Assembly: GCA_008632985.1 (NCBI GenBank)
Contig: QPGO01000140.1
Location: 124,001-188,000 of the forward strand
Direction: 5' to 3'
Length of the DNA stretch: 64,000 nt
From: Psammoneis japonica
Taxonomy: Eukaryota
Shown here in pieces: positions 47,136 to 58,790 of this stretch (positions within the stretch are counted from its first letter, which is position 1; every line of letters starts with the position of its first letter). The position numbers and the translations under genes were made by a program. Below the pieces are notes generated by a model, which had not been told where the DNA came from, did no database searches, and was given only the letters and a program-made list of their open reading frames with translations.

Positions 47136-48500
47136 ATGACCCCATCTCGAAGAACGTATAAACTAGAGCGAACGAACCGTCGCGGCAGAAAATCTCGAAT
47201 CATGTCTTTGACACAACGAGCACCGCAAAATGCCCTCATCTTTTTGTACCTTGGCTGTCTGACAATATTGGCTTTGATCGTATTGGCGATTTTTCGAAGA
47301 GCAGCATCTTTAGATGTACATGCAAACAATCTCTCTTCTTCTGCCTTGTTACGAACTTCTGCATCCTTTGATTGGCCCGTGGTACATATCGTCAACACGC
47401 GATTCATGCAAGATCAGGGACACCTCGAGACACTGGCCACGGCTCGATTGGAATTGTTTCGCGCCTTTTGTTTACCGACAATGATTCATCAAACGTCTCA
47501 ACACTTTCTATGGATCATCAAGGTGGATCCGCAGCTAAATGAAAAAGTGAAAAAGGAAATGATGAACCATCTCAAAGACCATCCGAATTTCTTTCTTGTG
47601 GGCTCAAACATTAATTATCAAGTCGGAAGCGGCACCGAGGGTGGTACATGGCGGAATGGTGTGGAGGGAAGTGACGTGTTGAAGGCACCCATTTACTCGG
47701 GCGATATTGGTTTGTTGGAACGAGCTCATGCGGCACGCAACTCGCATGTTGTTTTGGAAACGAGATTAGACGCGGACGATGGGCTCAACACGGCGTTTAT
47801 CAATTATGTACAAGAAACGGCACTAGATGCGTTTTCGTCGAATAAGGACCTCAAGTGGTTGTATTGGTGTTCAAGAAGACATTTAGAATGGTACCCAGAC
47901 CCATCGATTGCCAATGGGAGGTTGAACCCCGTGGAGCATTCGAAGCTCTGCGTTACTCCGGGTATCACGGTTGGTTTCGGAGTGGGTGTGCGATCCGAGT
48001 GGGTGCCTGACTATGCTCATGATAAGTTGTACAAGGCTGTTGAAGCCAATGGTGGATGTGGATTGTCTCACAACATTGATTGCATTGATTTGGTTGAGAA
48101 ACTACCAGTTGTGGCTGTGCGCTCTCGAACTCTCACAAGTGCAGGTATGAAGGACACCATCTTGAATTCTAGTCTCAAGAGAGGGTCACAGTTAAATCAG
48201 AGAATGTGGGCAGTTCTGAAAAGGTCCTTTTCTTTGTCTCCCGACAAGGCGGAGATCGCTCAGATTTACATGCAGGAGAACCTTTTGCAGATTGCAAAGG
48301 AGAATCTAGAGGGGCAATGCACGTCGGGACACAGTTGCAAGGTACGTGATGAATGCATAAACATTTTGTTATCAAATATACATGGAGCTTACAGCCTTTG
48401 CCTTCTTGCGACAATGTACTGGCAGCTAAAAAGCGTGGAACAGCTGCAGAGACTGATTGACGTGGACACGCAAGCAGAGCATCTTGTGACAATCTCATGA
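47136..48500 (+). CDS. Type II membrane glycosyltransferase (putative rhamnosyltransferase-like)
   Basis: N-terminal TM anchor; RLELFRAFCLPTMIHQT...F.WII; TRLDADD (DxD); probable 84-nt in-frame intron at 48342-48425. Confidence 0.75.
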   Translation: MTPSRRTYKLERTNRRGRKSRIMSLTQRAPQNALIFLYLGCLTILALIVLAIFRRAASLDVHANNLSSSALLRTSASFDWPVVHIVNTRFMQDQGHLETLATARLELFRAFCLPTMIHQTSQHFLWIIKVDPQLNEKVKKEMMNHLKDHPNFFLVGSNINYQVGSGTEGGTWRNGVEGSDVLKAPIYSGDIGLLERAHAARNSHVVLETRLDADDGLNTAFINYVQETALDAFSSNKDLKWLYWCSRRHLEWYPDPSIANGRLNPVEHSKLCVTPGITVGFGVGVRSEWVPDYAHDKLYKAVEANGGCGLSHNIDCIDLVEKLPVVAVRSRTLTSAGMKDTILNSSLKRGSQLNQRMWAVLKRSFSLSPDKAEIAQIYMQENLLQIAKENLEGQCTSGHSCKVRDECINILLSNIHGAYSLCLLATMYWQLKSVEQLQRLIDVDTQAEHLVTIS

Positions 48501-48902
48501 CGATCTTCTGATCCACAAGCCAATGCCTTTGGTATCTCCAAACTACCATACTAGAGTAGTATTTTGCTTGTGTTTTTCTAATAGATAGCTCGCATTATGA
48601 TAGAGGTATTCGAAATCAAGGAAGGTTTTGATACTATACTGTACGATACACCGCTGGCTGGAAAAAGTGAGAGCAAGAAGACGGACAGGTGACAGACGGG
48701 ATCTTTGCTGCAATATTCAAATACTTCGAGTATGTAGATAGATAAAACTCCATCCGACACTATGAATAACACGGAAAGGCGGGAAGATCCTCCTCACAGC
48801 TCACAGCGGTGAGAAGGTGGAAGGTCGTTTCAATCACAAACGTTTGATGTTCTGCCGTTCACAGCCCTTAGTTCTCTCTTGGTTAGTAAATTCAGTGAGA
48901 AA

Positions 48903-50750
48903 ATGAATGGGTCCAATTCCTGGGCGAATAACGACGACAGAAGCGACATTCGAGAAGCCTTGCTGTACACGAACAATCATAGCGAAGCGGTCGGTTTCAC
49001 CAAGTCGACTCTCGTCAAATCAAAATGGAATCGCAGACGAACGTGCCGGATCAATCAACCCTGACGCTGAACCAGATTGTATCGAACAAGAATTATCAGA
49101 AACTGTGCTGAAAGTTTTGGGTGAACCGTATGCTGCTTCCTGCAGGTTTTGGCTTCAACAATTACCTCTTGCCGTGCTGACGGGAGTTCTCGCCGGCTTG
49201 GCTAGTATTTTGTTTTTGGGATCTATGCATTTTGTAACGGAATTGTGGTATTTCAATAACTCAAAAGATGATAACTCGGGAATACCGTTGCATGGCGGTG
49301 GTTGGAAATGGATTTTGATTTCCGTGGGAGGGACAACAACATCTGCGTGTATACTACTACTTCCCGGTGCTCCTCGACTTGGTACTACTCGAACCATGTT
49401 TCACGATGCCTTTGATTTGAGAGGTCATCCAAAGGATACTATTTATTTGGTGACATCGTGCTTCGTGTGTATTGCTTGTGGTGCACCAATAGGTCCAGAG
49501 ATGGCAATCGGAGCCATGGGAAGTGCGATTGCGACAATACTCTTCCAGAAGCTTGTTCATACTAAAGAAAATTCGCTAGAAACAGAAAAGACGCGTGCCA
49601 TATTGGTGGCGAGTGGCTTGGCAGCCTCCTTGGGTGGATTATTTCCGTCGCCCATTCTGGGTGTCACCCTTCTTCACGAACTTTCCGTGGCGGCTCGTAC
49701 TCGGCACGGCACAAGCATCCGCGCTCTAGTTGCATCTCAGCAAGCCTACGAAGGCAGTGATGACGAGTCGTCCTTGTATTCCTCAATCGAACCAACATTG
49801 CCTCCTGAAGAGGAGGAAAAGGATCATGATTTTATGGAACAGATTACAACAACTGGCGTGGCTGCCACCATGGCGTTTGTCACGGTTCGACTCTTGCTGG
49901 CGGTGCTTCCGTTGCACACTCCCTACGGAAGTCACCACGGCGTCGTATGGCCTACTGATAGTGTTCAGTTGTGGCATTTGGCATTAGCTATTCCGTTGGG
50001 AGTTGCTTGCGGCGTTCTTGGTACCGTCGTTTTGCTTGTCAACGGCGTCTGTCGATCCATTCGACAAGGATCATGTCGCATGTTGACAAGCTTTGGCGCA
50101 GTGTGGGTGGGAAGACTCTTGTTCCCGGTACTTGCGGGTGTACTGTATGGAGTCACGTCTACCTCCAATCCCCTTTTAGTGGGATCAGGCATGCAGTTGC
50201 TGTGGCCAATCTTGGAGCAACACTATAGCGAAGAACCCGACCCGCTCTCGACTCGACTTTTGCTTCAAACTGCTCTAGTCAAGTCAATGACAATGGCGGT
50301 GTGTCTTGGATTTGGCCTAGCGGGAGGACCTGTGTTTCCACTCATCTTTGTGGGCATGTGTATAGGACTGGCTTCTTCTGCTCTCTGTGGTGCTCCTTTG
50401 GTGGTCACGCTACCATGCTGCATGTGCGCCCTAGCCGGCTCGTTTGTGGCTATACCGATAACACTTGTTGCCTTTGTATCCATGGTGTTTTCACTGTCGC
50501 CCGAACAAATGGGACCTCCCTTTGTGGCGACGTTGTGTGCGTACAGCGTAGTGGGCGGCTTAGGAATTGTGAAACGATTGGGACTGAAGCGGTTGGGCAA
50601 TGGCACGATACAACGAAACGAATCGTGGGTAGATGAACGAGAGGGAAGGTCGTCCTCCATTAATGAGATGATGATGACGGTGACGTGCTTCGAAATGTAC
50701 AGAAAAGCATATTTGGGACAACCTGAACTTCCCAGAAGCCTTTCCTACTG
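48903..50750 (+). CDS. ClC-family chloride channel/transporter; ends approximate, probable frameshifts near both termini
   Basis: Many TM helices; GAPIGPE, GLAASLGGLFPSP..G and GGPVFPLIFVG motifs. Confidence 0.85.
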
Positions 50751-51033
50751 CCTACCCGATGGTATCAAAGCTTGTTTCGGAATTCAATCCGGATACATTT
50801 GTTGGGCTTGTGCGTTGAATTCAGAGAGAGAGAGAGAGAGCCCTCGTTCTCTCTGGCTTCCTTATTAGCGTCCTGTGAGAACTCTGTCTCGTTCTTTCTC
50901 TCTCAACGCTGCACGCCTATTTAAAAAAAAGAAACTAGCATGTAAGAAAAGTCTAAGAATTCTTCCGGATGGCTTATGCTCCTCAATTTAGCTCTCTAGC
51001 TAAGTAGCTCTCTGCTCTTAGCTAGCTAGGGGT

Positions 51034-51064
<31 letters not shown>

Positions 51065-51446
51065 GCAATTGATGTGTAGCGAGTTAGTTTTAAAACTCGA
51101 AAACCCGGATGAGGAGACATACCGGTACGAGGTACGAGCTCTTCATACACCACGCCAGAAAGGGAAAAAAAGCCAGCGGCTGTATTGTTGTTCTGGTGAT
51201 GTTCTGACGATGAGACGAGCCAGTAAGAGTGTCGTCGCTAACTACACTAATGTGCTGATGGGTATATATGGAGTTTGGAGCGAGTGTGACAGCTGGAAAT
51301 GATGAAGATGTTGCAGGACTCACAACGAGAACCTCGGGTGTCACGAGTGTCAAGACTCAATTCTATGCGAACCAAAGCCGCGACGACGTCGCTAAGCAGG
51401 TTTGGGCTTCGCATAATTTTTCACAATATCAATTCAATCATCAATC

Positions 51447-54400
51447 ATGCCTCCTAATAAATTGGACGAAGACGAAACAAGCGCACCTGTAAGTCTTCCT
51501 GGAAAGCCCTTAAGCAGCTCCAAGGTGCGATCTACCAGTATGAGTATGCAGCAACTTATGGTTAAGGTAGAGTTCCACGATGACAACGATGGCTCAGTTA
51601 TCGCTGTGGAAGTTCCAACTGGAACAAAAGTGACAGAAGCAGCCACGAAGGCTGGAGTGAACATTCCCACCCTCTGTCATCACCCTCGTTTGTCTCCGGT
51701 AGGAAAGTGTGGCCTCTGCGTCGTGTCTGTTGAGAACGGGCCGACTCCGACGCAATTGGCATGTTCGACTGTATGCCGAGCAAACGAGGATGGGAGCCCA
51801 ATGAAAGTGCACGTTCACGGGACGTTTCTAAATGGGCTTGCTAACGCGGCCTTGCAGAGGAACTTACAAGCCTCCCTCTCTCATCAAACCAAGAAGTTTC
51901 AAGACAATCATGACTTTGCGCCTTGCGGCTCTTTGGAGATTGAAGATCTTGCCAACTTTGTCACCAACCAAAATATTGATACGTCGTCGAGATGTATCAT
52001 CTATGACCCATCCCTTTGTGTTGGCTGTTCACGATGCGTTCGGGCTTGTGATCAGCTTCAAGGTATGAAGATTCTCGAGGCACCTTACCCAAGAGCAACC
52101 CTCCTCTCGTCGGTATCGCCCAAGCCCCTCCGTGTATGACGACACGTGCCGGTCGCCCCCTGTCAGAGACAGAGTGCATTTCTTGTGGACAGTGCACCGT
52201 ATTCTGTCCGACGGGTGCAATTAAAGAAGTGGACCATAACCCACGAGTGATGCGAGCCCTGCTGGACCCCGAAATGGTTGTTGTCCTGCAGACAGCTCCC
52301 AGCATTCGCGTCACTATTTCCGAGATGTTTGGTGGCAAGCCCGGAGATTGTTCTGAAGGCAGACTTGTTGGGGCCGCTAAAGCAGCAGGCTTTCGCTTCG
52401 TATTCGATACTAACCTAACTGCCGATCTTACCATTATGGAAGAAGCGAACGAGCTTTTGCAGCGCATCGATATTGCCGAGAATGGCACCGATGAAGAAAA
52501 GAAGTCTAAGCCTCTTCCCATGTTCACCTCGTGTTGTCCAGGTTGGATAAACCTGGTGGAGCAGTCTTATCCAGAGCTTATTCCTCACCTTTCCACCTGC
52601 CGTTCGCCCATGGGAATGTTATCGAGCATCGTTCGTCACCACTGGTGGCCTAGACAGACCAACATTCTCAACCAGCACGGCACGGCATCCGTGGAAGCCG
52701 AACACGAAGCAGTCGACCAGTCTAAGCTCTTTGTGGTTGCCGCCATGCCCTGCACTGCAAAGAAAGACGAGATGGCACGACCGCAATTCAAGATGTCCAA
52801 CGGCAAACCGGAGACGGACGCTGTCTTGACGGTTCGAGAGTTGGCACGCTTGTTTGAGTTACGCCAGGTTGCCCAACTCAACAACTACAAGTCCTTTGCA
52901 AGCATCCCTGAGCTTGTGTACGATAACCCTTTTGGAGAGTCGACCGGGGCGGCTATTATCTTTGGAGTCACAGGAGGCGTAGCCGAAGCTGCTTTGCGCA
53001 CCGCCGCGGACGTCTTGAGTGGCAAGAACCTGGAGAATGTCAAGTACGAATCTGTCAGAGGCATGTATGGTATCAAAGAGTCGACGATTCAGCTTGGTCC
53101 TAATGGTGAGGTTGCGTTGAACGTAGCGGTCGCCCACCAAATGCGAAATGTTCGCGACTTTCTGGCCCAACTTGAAGAAGGTAACAAGAACTACCATTTC
53201 ATAGAAGTTATGACGTGCCCTGGAGGCTGTATCGGCGGCGGAGGGTTGCCTCAGAGCAGAGATGAAGATATTCTGCCCAAACGCATTGATAGCATCTATT
53301 CTTGGACGAGAGAATGGTGGTACGAAAGTCACACGAGAATCAAGCCGTCAAACGACTATACGACGACTTATTGAAGAAGCCTCTCTCCCCACTTTCCCAC
53401 AAGTTGTTGCACACCCACTACTTCCCTCGACCAAGGAAGCCACCTATTGCGCTCAAGGCTCCAGCTCTTGTTGCGAAAGTTGAAACCGAGGACAGTCGTA
53501 ATACTGTCTATGTGGTGTATGGAACGCAGAGCGGCACCGCAGCTCAAGCAGCCAAGGAGATCAAGCTTGAGTTACAAGGATTCATCGGACAAGCCAAGTT
53601 ATCACCTGAGCCACAAGTTTGCCTCGTAGCTGGCAATGCTATGCATCCTGACAAGCTCATGAAGAGCGTTTCTGATTCTCTCGGAACAATATTTGTCACC
53701 TGTACGTTTGGCGAAGGTGAGTTCCCGGAGACCATGGAGCAACTCTGGGACTATTTGGAAGACTGCAAGGACGACAAGTACGAGGAGTTTCGCTTTGGCG
53801 TGTTTGGACTCGGCTCGTCAATGTATGCTGTTGGCGACCAGTTTAATCGAGCCGCGAAACGGCTTGACAAGAGACTGGAAGAAGTGGGAGGAAGTAGAAT
53901 GATCGAGGTGGGATTGGGCGATGACCAGCATTCTGAGTTATATAGGAGTGAGCTAGAGAAGTGGCTCGAGAAACTGTTGCCGAAGCTCTTTGGAAAAGAA
54001 GGTGGTGGGGCATCATTGCTTGATCCACCTGAACCGTTGTTCAAGCTTGCTCTTGCACCAGGAACGCATGATAGTCAGTTTCGTCCTTTGCCTCCAAGTT
54101 ATCACTATGTTAAATTGGAATCCGCGGAAAGTCAAGTGGCTGTTGGGTATGATCGTCCAGCGTCTATCTTCACGTTCGATCTTGACGAAACAGGAGTCCA
54201 GTATGAAGTTGGTGATCACCTTGCTGTCCTTCCCAGAAATCCTTCGCGGGTTGTGGAGAGAATTCTTTCCCTTTATTCAGGCAGCATCAACGGATCAAGT
54301 CTGCTGACCGTCGAACCCGTCGATTGTCACAGTGATTGTCCTTTCCCTCCGGTGTTGACTGCTAGAGAGCTACTGACTCAGTATCTCGACCTTTGTGGGA

Positions 54401-55392
54401 GGCCATCCCGTTCATTCTTTAAGCAGCTGTTCCTCTTTGCCACTTCGCTCGAAGCTCGCAATATTCTCAGAGCTCTTTTTGAGCGCACTGAGACAAAGTC
54501 GCAAGAGGAGCCAGCTCCGTACACCGCACGGCTACGATCACAAACCTGCGATCGTGAGAAAGTTAATCAGGAGGAGTTTGAGCGCTACACTGCGACTCAT
54601 ACGTATGCGGACGTCTTGTGTGATTTTGGTTACAAGGCGTTGCCTCCCTTCGAGTACCTGCTCTCGATGGTGCCAACGATTTGTCCCCGATTGTACTCGA
54701 TTGCCTCTTCTCCACTTTATCGAAAGAATAAACTGGATCTGTTGGTTGTCTTGAATGAGTGGACGGATCCAAACATGAAGACGAGAGTTGGTTTGGCCAC
54801 GCAGTTTTTGTTTGGTGCGGACATCGGAGATAAGGTCGCTATTCAGGTACGCACAGGCATTCTTCAGCCTCCGGCTGACACAACTACCCCCATCGTTTGC
54901 TTTGGTTTGGGATCGGGAATTGCACCGTTCCGCGGCTTCTTGCAGCATCGGCAACGACAGCACGAGCAAGGCGCGAAGCTTGGACCTGCGACTCTATACG
55001 TTGGGTATCGTCACGAGTCAATGGATTATTACTTGAAAGACGATTTCGAAGAATGGATGAAATTAGGAGTGTTGACCTGTGTGCATCCCGCCTTCTCTCA
55101 TGATGATCGAGAGAAGCGAGGCGGAAAGCTCTACTTCATTTCAGATCTTATTGGCGATAAACCAAAGGACATGGCCAAGGCATTGCTTCTGGAGGAGGAA
55201 AAAGAAGAGGAAGACAACCAAGTTCATGTGTATTATTGTGGACCTGCACTTGGTATCCCTGAGACCATCCAGCATGCGATGGAGGATGCAGTCAAGCACG
55301 AGGAAGGCGGTGGAATGGACGAAGAAGAGGCAGAAGCCTTGATGGAGCGCATGGTCCACTTGGAGGATAGATTCCATGCAGAATGCTTTTAG
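51447..55392 (+). CDS. hydA: [FeFe]-hydrogenase fused to a diflavin (flavodoxin + FAD + NAD(P)H) reductase; about 1315 aa after repairing two 1-bp deletions
   Basis: [2Fe-2S] IPTLC...GKCGLC...LAC; two [4Fe-4S] CVGCSRCVRAC and CISCGQCTVFCP; H-cluster TSCCPGW, MPCTAKKDE and EVMTCPGGCIGGGG; then YGTQSGTA, RLYSIASS, GSGIAPFRGF and YYCGP. Frame breaks near 52085 and 53301. Confidence 0.93.
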
Positions 55393-55623
55393 TTTCGCCT
55401 GTCCGCTTTGCAGGATGGCTCGGATCGGAGTTGCGACGCCATTGCATGCTACACTTCTGCATATTTTTTATTATAATAAGTTAGCAAATAGTTTTATCAG
55501 GATACTTCGCTTGGTCGGCTTGTTCTACTAGCTACTACAGTACAAGGCGAATGCATTTACCGGTATTGTTGATCGGAGCAACATAATCACAAGCACCATG
55601 AGCGCTGCACACCTTTGCTTGCG

Positions 55624-57090
55624 TCATTGCGTGGTGCGTCCGCCGAGACTGTTCATCGACGACTGACAGAGATAGCGATACTCGTCAAGTGTCATTCCAA
55701 CATCCTTGGCACAGGCGGGCAGCGTGACGAGCTGGCCGTCTTGTTCTTGAACCATTGTGACAAGCACGGTCGCCATGGTCCTCCAGAGCTTGGTACCTAG
55801 ATTAGGATTGGCTTCAGCGTATGAAAAGCACCTCAATAAACTCGAAAGCTGCTGCTCAATCATTCTTCTGGCTTCTTGTGGAGTGTCTAGATCCTTGTAG
55901 GCTCTGGGCAGCTGCCTCTTGAGAATCGAGTGTAAACCCGCACAGCGAGAAGCACCAATGTCAGAAGAATCCACAACCGGCGGCAGCTCTGGATGAGATT
56001 CGCCATTCTGTTGCATACGTATCCACTCGATTGCTTGAGGGGTGATCCAGTTGGAGAGAGTAGTCCATATTCTCATAAAGGCCCGTGGTTCGGGTGGTGG
56101 GAGCGCGTCACCTTCACTAGAGTCAAAGTCACAATCACCGGCTCCTTCCTGTCTCATGATCTCCGCCAACATGTACAACGTTTCCTCGTCATTGTTGCTC
56201 GATACTTCCTCCTCCTCATCATCATCTATTCCCATTGTAACAAGATTTTCTTCCTCTTCCTCGTCTGTTTGCTCTTGTACTTGGTGCCGTCCGTAGAAAT
56301 CGTCGTACAATCCAATTGACTCTTGCCGTTGCTCCTCCATAGCTTCTTGATACTCCGCCGGGGCCATCACCGAGAAGCTCAGGTCAGTTTCAATTCCAGA
56401 CTCCTGATTAGACAAGTAATTTGCTGTTTTAGTACCAGGTTTTGCGCCACTAGCATGAGCTAGCAACTCCGACATTGAAGACAAAATCAGTGGGTCATCG
56501 CTGGAGGAATTCTCTTGCTCGCTACTACTTTGCTTCTTTGAAGTGTCCTTGTTTTCATCAGCCATACTGCTCGGCTTGTATCCTTCAATAGAGTCGTGGC
56601 TGTCTTTTACGTTGGGGGCACACCGGCTTGTAGGTAAACTGCTGACGGGTCGTTCCACCACAAAATCCTTAACAGCGGCAGGTGGCAACAGTTGCGAGTT
56701 TTCTTGTTGCAGTGCAGAGCTGCTCTGCTCATGACTGACAGACGATAATTCTGCTACTTTTGAGTACTTTGGTTTGCGAAGAATACCCTTTACGGGTGGT
56801 TTCGTATCAGCTACAGTCTCGGAAGTCAAAGGATCTCCATTGGAAGCAGCAGCTTGGTGTGTTTCATCAGTCGTTGCACTTGAGAGGCACCACGAATTCA
56901 CTTTTTGTCGCGTTTCTTCCACCATGGTGTTACTCTCAAATACCTTGTTGTCTCTATCCTTGCTTACGCTTGGAGAGCCTCCGCTCTTCCGAATTGTTGG
57001 ACGCACATGTTGCTGCTTCATCATGGCCGTGTTTTGTGTGGGAGGGATAGGCGAGAGCGTTTTGGAGTTTGCAGCGGGACTCAAAACACG
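55624..57090 (-). CDS. Hypothetical acidic protein with a C-terminal domain weakly like the plant RPAP2/RTR1 C-terminus
   Basis: Long ORF with normal composition; disordered acidic N-terminal half; AFMRIWTTLSNWITP and LSSLLRCFSY...LWRTMATVL. Start codon uncertain. Confidence 0.6.
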   Translation of the reverse strand, partial: RVLSPAANSKTLSPIPPTQNTAMMKQQHVRPTIRKSGGSPSVSKDRDNKVFESNTMVEETRQKVNSWCLSSATTDETHQAAASNGDPLTSETVADTKPPVKGILRKPKYSKVAELSSVSHEQSSSALQQENSQLLPPAAVKDFVVERPVSSLPTSRCAPNVKDSHDSIEGYKPSSMADENKDTSKKQSSSEQENSSSDDPLILSSMSELLAHASGAKPGTKTANYLSNQESGIETDLSFSVMAPAEYQEAMEEQRQESIGLYDDFYGRHQVQEQTDEEEEENLVTMGIDDDEEEEVSSNNDEETLYMLAEIMRQEGAGDCDFDSSEGDALPPPEPRAFMRIWTTLSNWITPQAIEWIRMQQNGESHPELPPVVDSSDIGASRCAGLHSILKRQLPRAYKDLDTPQEARRMIEQQLSSLLRCFSYAEANPNLGTKLWRTMATVLVTMVQEQDGQLVTLPACAKDVGMTLDEYRYLCQSSMNSLGGRTTQ

Positions 57091-57299
57091 CATACCGGCC
57101 AGACGCAATCGCACCCAACGGAAATTTTACACGGACAAACGCACTAATGATAAAATTTTGAAATTTTGAATGGCCATTTCCAACTGCTCCTTGGATGCGA
57201 ATTCCGCTTGTTTTCATGCCGGTGGCATGTTTACCATCATGCATCATTGTGAGACTTTGGTGACGCTGCACAGCAGCAAAAGCAAAGAGCATCATTGTT

Positions 57300-58790
57300 T
57301 TGGTGAAGAGTGAAGAGACAGCAACCAGAGTGCAAGGATTCAGTTTGACCGGCGCCACGGCGATGAAAAGCAGGAGATCGTCCATTCTGCAAAAGCTGCA
57401 CATGCAACAAAGGAGCAATCGGAGTGCACGAGAAACCAAGCCTGTCAACAACAATGAGAGTCATCCAAGTCACAGTGCTGCCAAGAAGAAACAGCAAGAA
57501 CAAAAGCCATTGAGTGTCGTTTTGCAGAATGAGAATGAAGTCGAAACCACTCCTCCTGAAGGTTCCAAGAACAAACAATTGCAACCGAGAGGCAGCCACA
57601 GCAAAGCTTCTCCTTCAACAAAAGAGAAACAACCTGCTTCTTCACTGATGGCACTTTTGCCATCTGCAGATTCTTGTTCAAGCAACAAGCGTGCAAAAAA
57701 GAAGCCTCCGGTTGCAGCTTTCAATCATGACGATTAAATTGCATCATGACACCACGTCAAAAATGGAAGCAGAGAAGTTGGGAGCCACTCACCCCCTTGT
57801 AACTTCTCTCCATGCACAAGTTGAGGGGAGTGCAGTTGAGCAGTCCAAACACTTTGTTGTGTGAAATGTCTGAGTTTCCATCATCCGGGAGAGGGTTCAA
57901 GTTGGCGAGCCGACTTTGGTGATTTGTGCGGAAAACATGCTGAGCTCTGTGCACATGGAATCTGGCCCACTTTTGCACCCATGCCACCTTGGATGTCTCA
58001 AGAATGGCACAGGGCAGGCAGATTGTCCAAAACTTTGAGTGGGAACAGGGATGTGTGTGCCACAAACTTGGTCGCTTGTTTCGCGTCGAAGACAAATGCA
58101 TCCACCAACCAGAGCACAAACTGCAGAGCTTGCATGCAGAATTCTGTGGGGCAAATGTCACACAGAGTCCCACCTGGCTAGCAGGACTGGAACCTTTTGC
58201 CATGTCTTGAGCCTGAAGATGGTCGAATGTGTCCAATGGTTGCCAACAAGCCTCCGGAAATGTTGGACAAGGAGTGGGCATGGCTCAATGAGCTCAGCTT
58301 TGGTGCCATTGTTTTTGCAAATCCATGAGACAGCATCAAGCCCCTGCCAGAAATCATTGTGGATGGAGATTTAGATGGAGACCTGTTTTTTGCATGTTGG
58401 AACAAAGAGATCTCAACTCCATTTGGCTCTCCCACCTGAAGACATCCCATTGCCAGCAGAGGACAAGGATGCATCAACTGCACCAACCACCAATGACAAT
58501 TGGTTGAGAGGAACACAAAAGATCATGTTGAGCACTTGTGCTGCAGGTGAGATTCACTCATTGATTGGAAAGCTGTGTGCACTTTCTGCCAAGACATCCG
58601 ATTCATCTGCTCAATGCAACAAGGATCTGGATGCAATTGCATTTGCAAAAGCATTCAAACAAGCACTTGAGTTTGGAGAGCACAGAGGAAAGATTGAGCT
58701 TCCTGTCCATCTTCATGACAAACTTCCTGCAAACCTCCAGAAGCATCCAGCTCCTCTCAAATACCATGTGCCACCTGCCACTGTCTGCAG
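57300..58790 (+). pseudogene. Decayed eukaryotic (RNAi-type) RNA-dependent RNA polymerase-like gene
   Basis: The frame from 58200 reads PCLEPEDGRM...LNELSFGAIVFANP*DSIKPLPEIIVDGDLDGDLFFACW (DxDGD motif within 58362-58382), followed by AFKQALEFGEH; internal TGA and frameshifts. Confidence 0.75.

Noticed and set aside
50985..51060. Clustered TAGC/CTAG motifs and (GA)n upstream of the hydrogenase as an anoxia-responsive element
   Set aside because: Low-complexity sequence with no supportable motif assignment.
52080..53305. Programmed frameshifting or pseudogenisation of the hydrogenase
   Set aside because: Both breaks are fixed by adding one base at short runs, no slippery heptamer is evident, motifs are intact, and similar indels affect the SGNH and ClC genes. 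Sequencing error is more likely but unproven.
52136..53374. NAR1/IOP1 hydrogenase-like CIA protein
   Set aside because: It has TSCCPGW and MPCTAKKDE plus an N-terminal [2Fe-2S] domain, which fit true hydrogenases rather than NAR1.
48903..55392. Functional cluster of the ClC channel and the hydrogenase
   Set aside because: Adjacency alone is not evidence in a eukaryote, and no maturase or fermentation genes lie nearby.
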